Shown: positions 1 through 11,199, numbered from the stretch's first letter. The stretch: 64,000 bases of DNA from an uncultured virus (IMG/VR IMGVR_UViG_3300034062_003925) (IMGVR_UViG_3300034062_003925:1-64000), one strand, 5' to 3'. The notes: generated from the sequence alone by a model not told the origin. A program made the numbers and translations.

Positions 1-2
1 TA

Positions 3-815
3 GGTGTTAATGTTATCACACAAATTGGTACGGTTTCTTTCTTTGTTAATGGTCCATCAGATTCTGTAAATACAAGTGTTGTTAACTCATTAAGTTGTAT
101 TAATGTTACTGCGGCAATTGGTGGGGCTGCGTCTCCAACAACGGAAGAAGTTAGAAATTTAGTTAGTTTTAATTTTTCAGCACAAAATAGAGCGGTTACT
201 GTAAACGATTACGATTCTTTAATTCGAACAATGCCATCACAATTCGGAGCACCTGCTAAAGCGGCAATTACTGAGGAAAATAATAAGATTAAAATTAAAA
301 TGTTATCTTACGATGATTCGGGTAAATTAACTGAAATCGTGTCGAATACTTTAAAAAATAATGTTGCGAATTACTTATCTAACTATAGAATGATTAATGA
401 TTATATCTCAGTTGAGACTGCGAGTGTTATTGATTTATCTATGAACCTTGACGTTGTTTTAGATAATAGTCAAAATCAAGGGGCGGTAATTTCACAGATT
501 GTTAATATAGTGTCAACTTATTTTGACCCTTCACATAGACAGATGGGTCAAAATGTTTATATTTCAGAAATTAGAAGACAAATACAAAGTGAGAATGGGG
601 TAATCTCGGTTTCAAGTATACAAGTATTCAATAAAGTCGGAGGACAATACTCATCATCTCAAACATCCCAAAAATATTTAGACTCTGAAACACGAGAAAT
701 TGATTTGATTGATGAAACAATTTTTGCCGAACCAAGTCAGACATACCAAGTCAGATTTCCGGGTAAAGACATCAATGTAAGGGTTAAGAATTTAAAAACA
801 GTTAATTTCTCCTGA
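3..815 (+). CDS. Baseplate wedge subunit (T4 gp6 / baseplate J-like), 5' truncated by window edge
   Basis: The frame is open from position 3, upstream of the listed ATG at 231. It reads ...AAIGGAASPTTEEVRNLVSFNFSAQNRAVTVNDY..., the GG..E..R...QNRAVT..DY hallmark of gp6/baseplate-J proteins. Confidence 0.85.
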   Translation, partial: GVNVITQIGTVSFFVNGPSDSVNTSVVNSLSCINVTAAIGGAASPTTEEVRNLVSFNFSAQNRAVTVNDYDSLIRTMPSQFGAPAKAAITEENNKIKIKMLSYDDSGKLTEIVSNTLKNNVANYLSNYRMINDYISVETASVIDLSMNLDVVLDNSQNQGAVISQIVNIVSTYFDPSHRQMGQNVYISEIRRQIQSENGVISVSSIQVFNKVGGQYSSSQTSQKYLDSETREIDLIDETIFAEPSQTYQVRFPGKDINVRVKNLKTVNFS

Positions 816-866
816 TAATTTATTTTATTAAAAAATGATTTATCTTTTTGAAAGTAGCATATAAAC

Positions 867-873
867 TATTTAT
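867..873 (+). promoter_or_regulatory. TATTTAT putative late promoter (representative copy)
   Basis: The same heptamer precedes ATGs at 9758, 19163, 20605, 36011, 40118, 48899, 55903 and 61133 (+), and at 18113, 26268 and 55839/55843 (-). Confidence 0.7.
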
Positions 874-888
874 CAAAAAAGATTAATA

Positions 889-3800
889 ATGTCGAATTCA
901 TATAGAATAAGAACTCAAATAGGTGTAGATAAGTCAATTAAGGTTTTAATTGACCAAGAATTTGAATATCTTGAAATTTTATCACTTAAAGTATTACAGA
1001 GTCAAATTTACACAAGACAGTGTTCTGATTACGGAGTAATTATTGGTAGGGTTAGTGCAAATGATGGTTTTGGTATACCTAACGCCAAAGTATCAGTCTT
1101 TATTCCGTTAACTAACGAAGACATCACAAATCCAATCATTTCTGACTTATATCCCTATAAAACTTTATCTGAATTAAATGAAGACGGATATAGATATAAT
1201 TTATTACCATATCTACCGTCATATAGTAATCACTCTCCCACAGGAACTTTTTTCGATAAACATGATGTATTAGTTGACCCGACATTAATTGAAGTTTATG
1301 ACAAGTACTTTAAATATACTGCAAAAACTAACGATAGTGGTGATTACATGATTTTTGGTGTTCCTACTGGGTCACAAACAATCCATGTCGATGTTGATTT
1401 ATCAGATATTGGAGAATTTTCATTATCGCCTCAAGATTTAATTCGGATGGGTGTTGCCACTCCCGCTCAAGTTGCGGGAACAAAGTTTAAAAGTTCTGCT
1501 AATTTAAATGAGTTACCTCAGATTGTCACAATTAACCGTGTTATAGAAGTTGAACCATTATGGGGTCAACCTGAGGTGTGTAATTTAGGTGTGACAAGAA
1601 CCGACTTTGATTTAACTGATGAGGCAAATATTACCATAACTCCAACATCAATTTTTATGGGGTCAATTATATCAAATGCTGAAACTCAATTCCAAAAAAG
1701 AAGTTGTAAACCAAAATTAAAACAAGGTAACTTCTGTAGTTTAGTTGCGGGTCCTGGAGAAATTTTGGCGATAAGACAAACCATTGCTCAAGATATTAAT
1801 GGACAACCTATTTTAGAAACTGTTTCATTAGAAAGTGGAGGACAAGTTATTGATGAAAATGGTACTTGGTTAATAGATGTTCCGATGAATTTGGATTATA
1901 TCATAACAAATGAATTTGGTGAAAGAGTTTTATCGAATGACCCTAATAAAGGTATACCGACTAAAGGAAAGTATCGATTTAAAGTTAAGTGGAATCAATC
2001 ACCTTCATTAAGTGAGGCAATTAAACGAGGTTATTTTTTAGTTCCTAATGTTCGAGAATATGGGTGGACAACTTCTGATACTGACCCATTAAAAACAGGT
2101 ATTGGATATGCCACTGCGATTAAGTCATATGCCTTTAGTTTAGATTGGAATGATTATGCTGACGTACAGGCGGCAATTAATTGTGAGGACACATTTTATG
2201 AGATGTTGTATAACAAAGTGTATACCGTGTCACAGATGATAGACCAATATAGAAAAGGATATCTTCCAAATAGAATGATAACAATAAAAAACATTTTGGA
2301 TGATTCTTGTGAAAGTGAAAATGTTAAATTTCCAACAAACGATTCATTTTTAAGATTTGACATTATATATCTTTTATTTGTTATTATGATGTTTGTTTTT
2401 AAACCTATTCTCATTTTATTATTAATTATTTCACATATTTTAGCTTGGTTATTGAAGTATATTTTAGGGCCAATCTTAGCGGTTGTTGTGGCAATTGTTT
2501 TTAGTATAATCGCCTTTATATGTCCCATTATAAGCGCAATTATAGATGTTATTAATGTTTTTGGTGCGGGTATAGAATTTGGACCTTGTCCCGACTTTAA
2601 AGACATGAAGAATCTAATTAAAAAACTGGTAACTTTATGGAAAACATTTACTCATTTACGTTTACCTAATTTATCTTATCCCGATTGTGAGTTATGTGCG
2701 TGTAAGGAGGGTGATACTATTGATGGAGATGTTCAAGATGATTCCGCTGAAGGAGTTAATACTGAAGAAATTGTTGCTACTTCAGGAATTAATGGTGTTT
2801 TATCTCAATATGATAACGCAACAAATTATAATCTTATTCATTTTGACCCAACTGCTACTTACCCTAACGCATTTACTTCGATGATGTCAGGTAAAGGGAT
2901 TGATACTGTTAACCCTACATCACAGTCATTAGTACCCTCTTTAAAAACTTATGGACAAGACTCAAATGGGGATGATAGATATATGTTCACATCAAGTATT
3001 ACTTTAGCTGAAAGAATAAATTTATTTAATAACAAAGCGAAATACTTTGATGATTTTAGTGGAGTAAACCCTGGTGGTGGGTATAATAGAATTAAAGTTA
3101 CTTTTGACACATCATTAAATGCTTCCGCAACAAAATACCATTATGATAATGTTGTGGTTATCTCATGTCAAGCAAGTCAATTGGCGAATTTTCCTGTGGG
3201 ACAACTCATTTCTTTCCAAGACCCTTCATTATCTCAGGATGTAAATTTAACGGGTTTTACACCTTACAACCAATACGGTACCAGGAGTATTACGGGAACT
3301 TCAATTAATGATTTGCCAGGTAGTACTATTCAAGTAAGTTATGCAAATCCAGACGGAAGTGGTACTATATCACCTCTGAACTCTTTATATCAAATAACCC
3401 AAGACCCGGATGACGCGACTTACGCTAAGTTCCCTATGGACGTAGAATATTTTCAAGTTATTACCGCAATGACCTATAATACTTTTTCAGGAGCATGTAA
3501 TCCTTCCGCAAGTGATTTAAGTCTAAATAAAAGGTATTTGTATAATAATATGACGTTTACATATTTGTCTGCCGATAACTGTGCTCAATATCCATCACCA
3601 TTATATTATAATCCTTTATCAATATTTATTGATGCCGATAAACAAGTTATAGTGATAATGGTTAGAGGGGTTGACCCGTATTCCTCAAGATGTCAGAATA
3701 GTTATGATTTAAGTGTTTTATTAGGATACTCAATGGGAACCGCAGGAAAAACGGTTACAGGCCAGTACAAATTAAATCATCCTATTCAAGGTGGGGTAAA

Positions 3801-5970
3801 ATCGGTTAGACATACAATGACAGGTGATGTTACCTTAATTGATGCGGTAACTTCGGAATATCTTTATTACAAATCGTTCCACTTCCAACCAGCATTATCG
3901 GGACCCGCATCATTTTCGTCATTCACGTCAAATTTCCCAAGTTATTATTCATCGTTGGATAATAGTATACCTACTTTTACACCGTTAAGTGCGCCACAAT
4001 TATCTGTGGCTTGTCAAGATGGATTAGATAATGCTTATTCGATTAAACTATTTGGCAGTCCTTATAATGGTTTCACAATAGAGTGGGATGGTATTAGTGG
4101 TTCTGGTTCGTATTGTTCATCCTCACCTACTAGTCAATATTTTATTTCTTCGGTTAATAGTTACACACCTCCGCCGCCTGATAATAGAGGGTATTTTGAA
4201 AATGAAATCGTTGACGGTGGTTCGGTAATGTTACAAGAAGTCTATATACCTGTAAACAGTATCACACCACCAACAATTATTGGGTATTATTACGCACCAA
4301 GATATTCTGGCACGTATTTTTACAGTAACCTAGGGTCTAGTGGTAGACAAATTATTATGAGGTCTGATAGACTTCCGACATCAACGTTAACCCTTGATAA
4401 TGCGGGTAATAGTTACGCATTACAACAAAACGCTAATTTTTCCGCATACCAAATTGGTGATGATGGAACGGTAACCAATACAGAAGGAATTCAAAGTAAC
4501 ACACCATCTGTCGCTGAGGCAGGACCTGACCCAGTAGATTCATCAACAATGACGGGGTCTGTTTTAGATACGTTTAATTGTAATACAATGATACCGTTAG
4601 GATGTTATAATGACGTTGTACCTAATGAATTTAATTATTATCCGTCACCAAACCCTTGTTATGAAAATGGTACATCAAACAATGAATTAATTATGGAAAA
4701 TGGTTGTTATATAACAATAACAAAAATTTTCTCATCGTTAGGTAAAGATATTAAAATAGTCGCAGAATGGTCATCAAGAATACAAATTACCTTTGGTGCT
4801 TGTAGAGATGTTTGGTCACATATTTTCACAAACAATTGGATTAATGGAACATTATACGCATTCAATATCAAAAACGATAGATTTTTTACAAGTCCTACCT
4901 CAACCCCACCAAACGCTCCTTATAGTGTATATTGTAGGGATACTGTGATTCTACACCCAACAAATAATTTCTATTATAGAAGTAGTCCTTGGGATGGTAC
5001 CAAATTTATTGGGGCGGATGCACCAGACTATTCGGCATATAAAGGGAATGTTAAGAACTTAAAATTTCCAACAACTATTATGGATTTAGGTCCTAGAAGT
5101 CAATTTCTTCAAGAGATTGTTATGTCAGATGATTATGATGGGTACGTTGTTAAGAAAATGGGGTCAACAACTTTTACCGATGTTTCGGAAATACTAAATC
5201 TACTTATTATTAGTCGATTAGCGAGTACAAGTTTTTTGGAACAGTTATTAGGTGCTGGAGGAGGAAACATTCTTTCATATTTTAACCAAAGAACTAAACT
5301 GTTTGTTGATGCGGATTACGCTCAAATGATATCAATAAGTTCAGAGTTAGGTGTTGCGGACTTTGAGTCGGCTAATTATCCGTCAATTATTGGAGCTCAA
5401 GACCCAATTTTCTTTAATGGTGGGGGTGTTGCAGATGGTATTATTGGGATTTTCTTTTCTTCTGACACACAGGTTAGAGATTTTATTAGTCCTAAAAGAA
5501 CCATTATTAATGACTCAGCAATGGTTACCGACACCTGTGCATTCAATTACTTTAATGTGTTTACACAATCCGTACCTTTTTATCAGTGGGAAATAAAAGA
5601 AGGTTCATTTCCGTATAGTATTTTTGGTTCACAAAGTAATGATTGGTACACTAATACTCTAAATACAGAATTTTTTACTCACAAATATCAGACCTTAGAT
5701 AGAATAGAACAAAACTCAAGATACTTTAGAACAAACGGTAGTACTTTAATCAAAGACTATAAAGGATACATTTATTCTGTTGATAGTTTGGGTAATTATA
5801 ACCCTAATTTTACTTCACAAGACCCTAATACCGCTCCATTTAGTAATCCTATTAGTAGAATTATTACTGTAGGTGCTCCATACCACTTTTATTTTGGGCT
5901 TAAAAAAGGTAAAACGTCATTTGATAGGTTTGCAATTAAATGGATTGGATTCGAAATAATAACTGATTAA
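889..5970 (+). CDS. Large tail/baseplate-associated protein (1693 aa) with N-terminal beta-sandwich (carboxypeptidase-regulatory-like) region and internal hydrophobic segment
   Basis: Long ORF directly after the baseplate gene. GRVSANDGFGIPNAKVSVF...TNDSGDYMIFGVP resembles a prealbumin-like fold. About 70 hydrophobic aa lie near residues 490-565. Confidence 0.6.
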   Translation: MSNSYRIRTQIGVDKSIKVLIDQEFEYLEILSLKVLQSQIYTRQCSDYGVIIGRVSANDGFGIPNAKVSVFIPLTNEDITNPIISDLYPYKTLSELNEDGYRYNLLPYLPSYSNHSPTGTFFDKHDVLVDPTLIEVYDKYFKYTAKTNDSGDYMIFGVPTGSQTIHVDVDLSDIGEFSLSPQDLIRMGVATPAQVAGTKFKSSANLNELPQIVTINRVIEVEPLWGQPEVCNLGVTRTDFDLTDEANITITPTSIFMGSIISNAETQFQKRSCKPKLKQGNFCSLVAGPGEILAIRQTIAQDINGQPILETVSLESGGQVIDENGTWLIDVPMNLDYIITNEFGERVLSNDPNKGIPTKGKYRFKVKWNQSPSLSEAIKRGYFLVPNVREYGWTTSDTDPLKTGIGYATAIKSYAFSLDWNDYADVQAAINCEDTFYEMLYNKVYTVSQMIDQYRKGYLPNRMITIKNILDDSCESENVKFPTNDSFLRFDIIYLLFVIMMFVFKPILILLLIISHILAWLLKYILGPILAVVVAIVFSIIAFICPIISAIIDVINVFGAGIEFGPCPDFKDMKNLIKKLVTLWKTFTHLRLPNLSYPDCELCACKEGDTIDGDVQDDSAEGVNTEEIVATSGINGVLSQYDNATNYNLIHFDPTATYPNAFTSMMSGKGIDTVNPTSQSLVPSLKTYGQDSNGDDRYMFTSSITLAERINLFNNKAKYFDDFSGVNPGGGYNRIKVTFDTSLNASATKYHYDNVVVISCQASQLANFPVGQLISFQDPSLSQDVNLTGFTPYNQYGTRSITGTSINDLPGSTIQVSYANPDGSGTISPLNSLYQITQDPDDATYAKFPMDVEYFQVITAMTYNTFSGACNPSASDLSLNKRYLYNNMTFTYLSADNCAQYPSPLYYNPLSIFIDADKQVIVIMVRGVDPYSSRCQNSYDLSVLLGYSMGTAGKTVTGQYKLNHPIQGGVKSVRHTMTGDVTLIDAVTSEYLYYKSFHFQPALSGPASFSSFTSNFPSYYSSLDNSIPTFTPLSAPQLSVACQDGLDNAYSIKLFGSPYNGFTIEWDGISGSGSYCSSSPTSQYFISSVNSYTPPPPDNRGYFENEIVDGGSVMLQEVYIPVNSITPPTIIGYYYAPRYSGTYFYSNLGSSGRQIIMRSDRLPTSTLTLDNAGNSYALQQNANFSAYQIGDDGTVTNTEGIQSNTPSVAEAGPDPVDSSTMTGSVLDTFNCNTMIPLGCYNDVVPNEFNYYPSPNPCYENGTSNNELIMENGCYITITKIFSSLGKDIKIVAEWSSRIQITFGACRDVWSHIFTNNWINGTLYAFNIKNDRFFTSPTSTPPNAPYSVYCRDTVILHPTNNFYYRSSPWDGTKFIGADAPDYSAYKGNVKNLKFPTTIMDLGPRSQFLQEIVMSDDYDGYVVKKMGSTTFTDVSEILNLLIISRLASTSFLEQLLGAGGGNILSYFNQRTKLFVDADYAQMISISSELGVADFESANYPSIIGAQDPIFFNGGGVADGIIGIFFSSDTQVRDFISPKRTIINDSAMVTDTCAFNYFNVFTQSVPFYQWEIKEGSFPYSIFGSQSNDWYTNTLNTEFFTHKYQTLDRIEQNSRYFRTNGSTLIKDYKGYIYSVDSLGNYNPNFTSQDPNTAPFSNPISRIITVGAPYHFYFGLKKGKTSFDRFAIKWIGFEIITD

Positions 5971-5971
5971 T

Positions 5972-7759
5972 ATGGGAAATAGACAAGATATAAGAGTAAT
6001 TTTAGGTTCATTACGATATAAATCCGCACCTAACACAACATTACTGTTCAATGTACCGTTAATACAGACAGCGAAAGAAAATGTTGAGTTCGATAGAAGT
6101 ATTGATGTGGATTTAGAACAGGTTTTTGATGACGAACGACAAAATTCTGATATTATCAGACCTACATGTAAATTTTCACTTTTATTCCAAAACGTGTATT
6201 CAGGATTTACCAACTATCCCCCATTTGAAAATAATTTATATTATTTGAATTCTGCTTCAGCGGCTGCCTTACAATGTCTCAGTGGAGCAACAACAATCTC
6301 ATGGACAGGGGTTCCTCAATACAATGAATTTGATTTTATTAGGACTGATTATAATGTTAGTGGATATACACAACCACCGAACGAACATCTAACTTTTATA
6401 CCAAAAAGTGCATCAAGTTACAATTGGAATTTCTTTGTTAGTTATGGTTATGAAAATGATTATACAAAACCAATGAGGGCTACCGATAAAAAAACTAATA
6501 TTATTTTAAATTGGATTGTTGGTGATGGTATACCGTTTATTATTGAGAATACTGTATATAATGGTAGAAATACCGTTTCATTTAGATGTCCTGTTAAACA
6601 TGGGATGTCGGTTGGAGAATTTGTTAAATTAAGTTTCTCTTATAATGGAACCGACTTATTCCAAATAGATTCTTTAGGGGTTAGTACTTTTGGTAGTGAA
6701 GAATACGTTTTTAATATAATTGATGTTGGATATTTAGGTGGAACTTTTGATGATGGTGTAACGGGAACCGCCAAAAGGGTAATTTTACAAGATAATGAGT
6801 TGGACACCATTTCAACATATTATGTTAGAAAAAATAAAATATTAACAGAATCGGAAAACGCGGTATTAGTTAAAGCTGGATTTGAACAAAATATTTTTGG
6901 AGAAAAGAAAAAATATGAGAGTAGCGGATTTACTCCTGACAAAGTTGCGCGAGTATCGGTTAAAGAAGGGTCACAATCATACACATTATCTTTTAATAAA
7001 GATATTAGAGTTAACCCAATTAGAGATAACCAAAAAAGACCGATTACTGAATTATTCTTTACCGTTATATATAAAGGTTATTTTGGATGGATGTTTGGAA
7101 TACCCAACGGTTCAGGTAGTTATTACGGATTAAAACAAGGTTGGGAATTTAACTTACCACTTAATTCTTTTGGGGCTCCTGATTATTGGTGGAGTAATTC
7201 TAATAGTAATTCGGACACTGATTTTCCTATGGGGTCTTATACAACACCAATTAGTTCTGGGTATGGACCAGCATCAGGACCAATAACTTTTACGTATGTC
7301 GAATCTATTAAAGAGGGAGACATAGTTGATGGTGATTGTTGTGAATGGAATGATTATGACCAAAAAGAAAGAGTAATTTCTAATATATTTCATAAACTAA
7401 CCTTTAATCCTTTTTCATTTAGGATTGGTGTAAATACGGCAAATCAACTTGGGTATTATTATCAACCACATCATGTGTTAACAACAAGAGTTTATTCGGA
7501 TTATATTGAAGATGGTGATATTAGGAGCGTTGTCGGAATTCCGGATTATTCACATTTTTCAACCACCAAAAATTTATTTATATGGAGGGATTTATACCCA
7601 TATGGTTTTGTTGATAGTGGAGGTATTGGAGTTACTTATCCTTTTTTAAACGGTGTTCATTATCCTTTTAAGAATATTATTTTTAGAATAATACCTGAAG
7701 GAACTAATTATAATGAACAGACCATAATCGCAGAACCAACAATAGACCCTTGTGAGTAA
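5972..7759 (+). CDS. Putative tail/baseplate structural protein (595 aa)
   Basis: Tightly coupled ORF in the structural operon with beta-rich, aromatic composition. No family recognised. Confidence 0.55.
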   Translation: MGNRQDIRVILGSLRYKSAPNTTLLFNVPLIQTAKENVEFDRSIDVDLEQVFDDERQNSDIIRPTCKFSLLFQNVYSGFTNYPPFENNLYYLNSASAAALQCLSGATTISWTGVPQYNEFDFIRTDYNVSGYTQPPNEHLTFIPKSASSYNWNFFVSYGYENDYTKPMRATDKKTNIILNWIVGDGIPFIIENTVYNGRNTVSFRCPVKHGMSVGEFVKLSFSYNGTDLFQIDSLGVSTFGSEEYVFNIIDVGYLGGTFDDGVTGTAKRVILQDNELDTISTYYVRKNKILTESENAVLVKAGFEQNIFGEKKKYESSGFTPDKVARVSVKEGSQSYTLSFNKDIRVNPIRDNQKRPITELFFTVIYKGYFGWMFGIPNGSGSYYGLKQGWEFNLPLNSFGAPDYWWSNSNSNSDTDFPMGSYTTPISSGYGPASGPITFTYVESIKEGDIVDGDCCEWNDYDQKERVISNIFHKLTFNPFSFRIGVNTANQLGYYYQPHHVLTTRVYSDYIEDGDIRSVVGIPDYSHFSTTKNLFIWRDLYPYGFVDSGGIGVTYPFLNGVHYPFKNIIFRIIPEGTNYNEQTIIAEPTIDPCE

Positions 7760-8564
7760 CAAATTTTTATTTACCATACCAAAAGGAGATAAGTCAATTG
7801 ATTTACCTATCGAAATCAAGTGGGATTTCTATGGTAGAGATGATAGTATTGAACTTTATGAAGAAGAAGTTTTGGTTGATATTATTGGGGTGGCAAAAGA
7901 CTTTGAAATATTAAGATTTAGTCATTCACCATACATCTCGAATCAAAAGACAGAAATTAAATATGATTTTTATTTCTATGATTCTAGTACTCCGGTAAGT
8001 GCGTCAACGGTATCAACTGATTGGGTAAATAGTTATCTATTTCCAAATGCAAACCCTTCAGGCTTTTCAAGCACTCAAATTTATTATTATGAAAAACCGT
8101 TCACTAAATCATTTTTTAAACTTGATTTTTATGACACGAAGGACACCCAAAGCCAAACAAATTATTTTACAATAATAATTCCTGTGCAACAAGGAGCGAC
8201 AGAAAGTGCAAGTATTTCACCATTAAGACCAAATGTTAATATAAGAAAACCGTCATACACCTTAGATTTTGTTGGTGATAAAGAAGGGTTTTTTATTTAT
8301 TGGTTAAAAAATGAGGCGTTTTTAAATATTGATACGTTTTATATGTCCGCTAAATTTTTTGATGGTAGACTTGGTGTTTTTGTCAAGATGATGAATGAAC
8401 CACAATCAGTATTATCTGATAAATTTATATTTGAAAGTAGTCGATATTTTTATAATAAAGTAGTTTTAGATTATACTACAAAAACTTATCAGGTTTTTGA
8501 TTACCTTGATAACCGTATAGGTGCGGGAACACCAATAAAATGGTATGAATATATTAACCCATAA
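7752..8564 (+). CDS. Putative structural protein (270 aa)
   Basis: GTG start overlapping the upstream stop, within the tail operon. Confidence 0.55.
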   Translation: MSNKFLFTIPKGDKSIDLPIEIKWDFYGRDDSIELYEEEVLVDIIGVAKDFEILRFSHSPYISNQKTEIKYDFYFYDSSTPVSASTVSTDWVNSYLFPNANPSGFSSTQIYYYEKPFTKSFFKLDFYDTKDTQSQTNYFTIIIPVQQGATESASISPLRPNVNIRKPSYTLDFVGDKEGFFIYWLKNEAFLNIDTFYMSAKFFDGRLGVFVKMMNEPQSVLSDKFIFESSRYFYNKVVLDYTTKTYQVFDYLDNRIGAGTPIKWYEYINP

Positions 8565-9751
8565 TGGACGATAGATATTATAGTATACGAATTTCCCCCG
8601 AAGTTATTAGTGGTGATTTATTTCTTGCACCTTATGATGCTGGCACATCACAATTTAATATAAGTGGTGACCCTTGTTGTGATGTGACAACAACGACTAC
8701 GACTAGTCAATACACAGGTTATACTCGAGTATATTCTGCAATGACTCAAATAGTAACAGGTGGTACGGGAGGAACTTCATTATTGACGGGTTTGACTATC
8801 CCAATATTTCTTAGTGAAACCACAATCGATATTGGGTATTATTCGGTATTTGATGGAATGGTGTTACAAAAAGATACGATGACTAATTTCTTATTTTCCG
8901 CCTCAACCTATGCTCCGAACACATATTATTTTTATAATACTTCAGACACCGAGTTTAAAAAGTATTTGGCCTTTGCAACTTATCAGATTGATTGGGGGGA
9001 TGGTTCCCCACCACAATTGGTTCCTATTACGGCACCCAACTATTATAACCATACTTATGCTTCAAGTGGTGAATATACTATTACAATGTCGGGAATGAGT
9101 CCTTGGGGATATAACGTCATTAAAAAAGATGTTACGGTACCGTTTACAAATGTTATTGCAACTAACCCTAATGGGACGGCTTATTTTACTCCCGCGGGAG
9201 GTAGTTGGTCGGGGACTTCATTGATGTATGATTATTTATTTACGGGTGATTCTAATTGTGATGTGTATGACCAATCAAGTTACAATTACACAACTGTCCC
9301 ATTCTTAATTACTGGATATACCAATTCAACGATAAGTGACCTTGAACAATATGGTAGTAAGTACGACCCAACAAGGTTTGCGGGAAAATATAAGATAGGT
9401 GTTCAGGTAACAGGAACTTCAGGAAATGTTGGGACATTTTTTGGACCATCGGTAGATAACCTATACACCGCCTATACAATTAATGATATTAACTACTATG
9501 ATTATAATGATGGAACCACTGTGTTTACGGTTTATTCTTCAGGAATGACACCCGACATGATGGTTTGTTCAGCAATAACAAAAAATGAAGTATTATTAAA
9601 TGTAATTGATGAAGCAGAAATACAATCCAACGTTTTCATTGAAAGAGGTAAAAACTCAGTGTTAGAAAGACTTGAAAGATTAGGTGAAGTTGATAATGTT
9701 GGTGACCTCGAAAAATACGGATATAAATTTTTTAATGTGATAAAAATATAA
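8564..9751 (+). CDS. Putative structural protein with PKD-like Ig domain
   Basis: YQIDWGDGS...HTYASSGEYTIT matches the PKD WGDG/HTY motif. Poly-Thr tract near the N-terminus. Confidence 0.65.
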   Translation: MDDRYYSIRISPEVISGDLFLAPYDAGTSQFNISGDPCCDVTTTTTTSQYTGYTRVYSAMTQIVTGGTGGTSLLTGLTIPIFLSETTIDIGYYSVFDGMVLQKDTMTNFLFSASTYAPNTYYFYNTSDTEFKKYLAFATYQIDWGDGSPPQLVPITAPNYYNHTYASSGEYTITMSGMSPWGYNVIKKDVTVPFTNVIATNPNGTAYFTPAGGSWSGTSLMYDYLFTGDSNCDVYDQSSYNYTTVPFLITGYTNSTISDLEQYGSKYDPTRFAGKYKIGVQVTGTSGNVGTFFGPSVDNLYTAYTINDINYYDYNDGTTVFTVYSSGMTPDMMVCSAITKNEVLLNVIDEAEIQSNVFIERGKNSVLERLERLGEVDNVGDLEKYGYKFFNVIKI

Positions 9752-9768
9752 AAAGGATATTTATTGTT

Positions 9769-10290
9769 ATGAAAGTTTGTACTAAATGTAATATTGAAAA
9801 ATCTTTACCCGAGTTTAATAATCAAAAATTAGGTAAACAGGGTAAACGTTCGTATTGTAAAGTATGCCAATCGATATTAAAAAAGGAATATGATTTAAAA
9901 AATAAAGAAAAGATTTATAAATACCAAGTAGATTATCGCAAAAAAAATCCGACATATAATACTGATTATCAGAAGGAAAGACGGTTTAACGATATAAATT
10001 ATAGATTAATTGGAAATTTAAGAGCAAGAATATGTAATATTATTAAGGGTAAAACAAAAAATACATTAGAATGTATTGGCTTACCCATAACTGATTTAAA
10101 GAAACATCTTGAAAATCAGTTTGTTGATGATATGTCTTGGGATAATTACGGTGAATGGCATATTGACCATATAATACCAATTAGTGTTGGTAAAAATAAA
10201 GAAGAAATTGAAGGACTAAACCACTATTTAAACTTAAGACCATTATGGGCGGAAGAAAATTTAAAGAAGTCAAATAAAATAATTATATAA
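9769..10290 (+). CDS. Free-standing HNH homing-endonuclease-like protein
   Basis: N-terminal CxxC...CxxC, basic linker, C-terminal MSWDNYGEWHIDHIIP...NLRPLWAEENLKKSN. It interrupts the structural operon. Confidence 0.85.
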   Translation: MKVCTKCNIEKSLPEFNNQKLGKQGKRSYCKVCQSILKKEYDLKNKEKIYKYQVDYRKKNPTYNTDYQKERRFNDINYRLIGNLRARICNIIKGKTKNTLECIGLPITDLKKHLENQFVDDMSWDNYGEWHIDHIIPISVGKNKEEIEGLNHYLNLRPLWAEENLKKSNKIII

Positions 10291-11199
10291 ATGGCAACAG
10301 GAACCTACGGAACAATAAGACCAGCTGATGTCTCTCCAGAAGATGTAGAGATAATCTTAAATTATACCCCATCGAGGGATGATACAGATAATTTTGTTTT
10401 AACTAAATTAGACGCACCGTCTATCCTAAGACCTTACTTTAATAATGCGAGTACGGGAGGAAACGCTGGTGTTGAGATTTTAGGGGGTTTATATAATTTA
10501 AAATTACCAGCTGACCAATTTAATAAGATTGGTATCTACACTTTATTAATTAGACCCGCTCAAATTAGAACTACAATATTAGATTGCGGTGTTTTATCGG
10601 CATTACCTAATGTCAGAGGAATTGTTATTGATTTAAATTCAGTACCAACTGAATTTAGAAATAAATTTATTAATCAAGGATTAATTGGTTTTAGAATTGA
10701 GTATTTAAACTCAGATGGAACAAAAATCCCTAATTTCTTTAGATTGATAACGTCTTCTTTTTTCTGTGAACCTATCGTACAAAATTTAACAAATACTTCA
10801 CAGAAGGCGATTAGATACCGATATACCGATAATAATACTAATTTAATTTTTTGTACTTTATCACCATCATCGGCACCAACAAATAAGCCAAACGCAATAC
10901 CTTATATAGGACAACCTGACCAAGAGATAACAATAACAAATACGTTCTTTAATCCGATTACTTTGGATATAGAAATTGCTGAACATGACTTCTCAACATT
11001 GGCAATTGCTTTATTTGGTAATCAGACCAAGTCAATTGATGATGGTATTTACACATTATACGACAGTCAAAATAATATTTACAAACAATACAATTTATAT
11101 GAAATTAGAAATCAATTTAATGAGTTGTTATATGAGGTTAGACAAGATAGGAATGATAATATTGATTTTAGTAAAAACTTTACAAACATAACTCAGTAA
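10291..11199 (+). CDS. Putative baseplate/tail structural protein (302 aa)
   Basis: Coupled ORF in the structural operon. No family recognised. Confidence 0.55.
   Translation: MATGTYGTIRPADVSPEDVEIILNYTPSRDDTDNFVLTKLDAPSILRPYFNNASTGGNAGVEILGGLYNLKLPADQFNKIGIYTLLIRPAQIRTTILDCGVLSALPNVRGIVIDLNSVPTEFRNKFINQGLIGFRIEYLNSDGTKIPNFFRLITSSFFCEPIVQNLTNTSQKAIRYRYTDNNTNLIFCTLSPSSAPTNKPNAIPYIGQPDQEITITNTFFNPITLDIEIAEHDFSTLAIALFGNQTKSIDDGIYTLYDSQNNIYKQYNLYEIRNQFNELLYEVRQDRNDNIDFSKNFTNITQ

Noticed and set aside
2196..2606. Antisense or alternate-frame ORFs from the track (e.g. 2196-2606, 24981-25217, 30474-31037, 32658-33017, 39278-39685, 40685-41059, 56120-56479)
   Set aside because: They lie wholly within longer, motif-bearing genes and reflect codon bias of the real strand.
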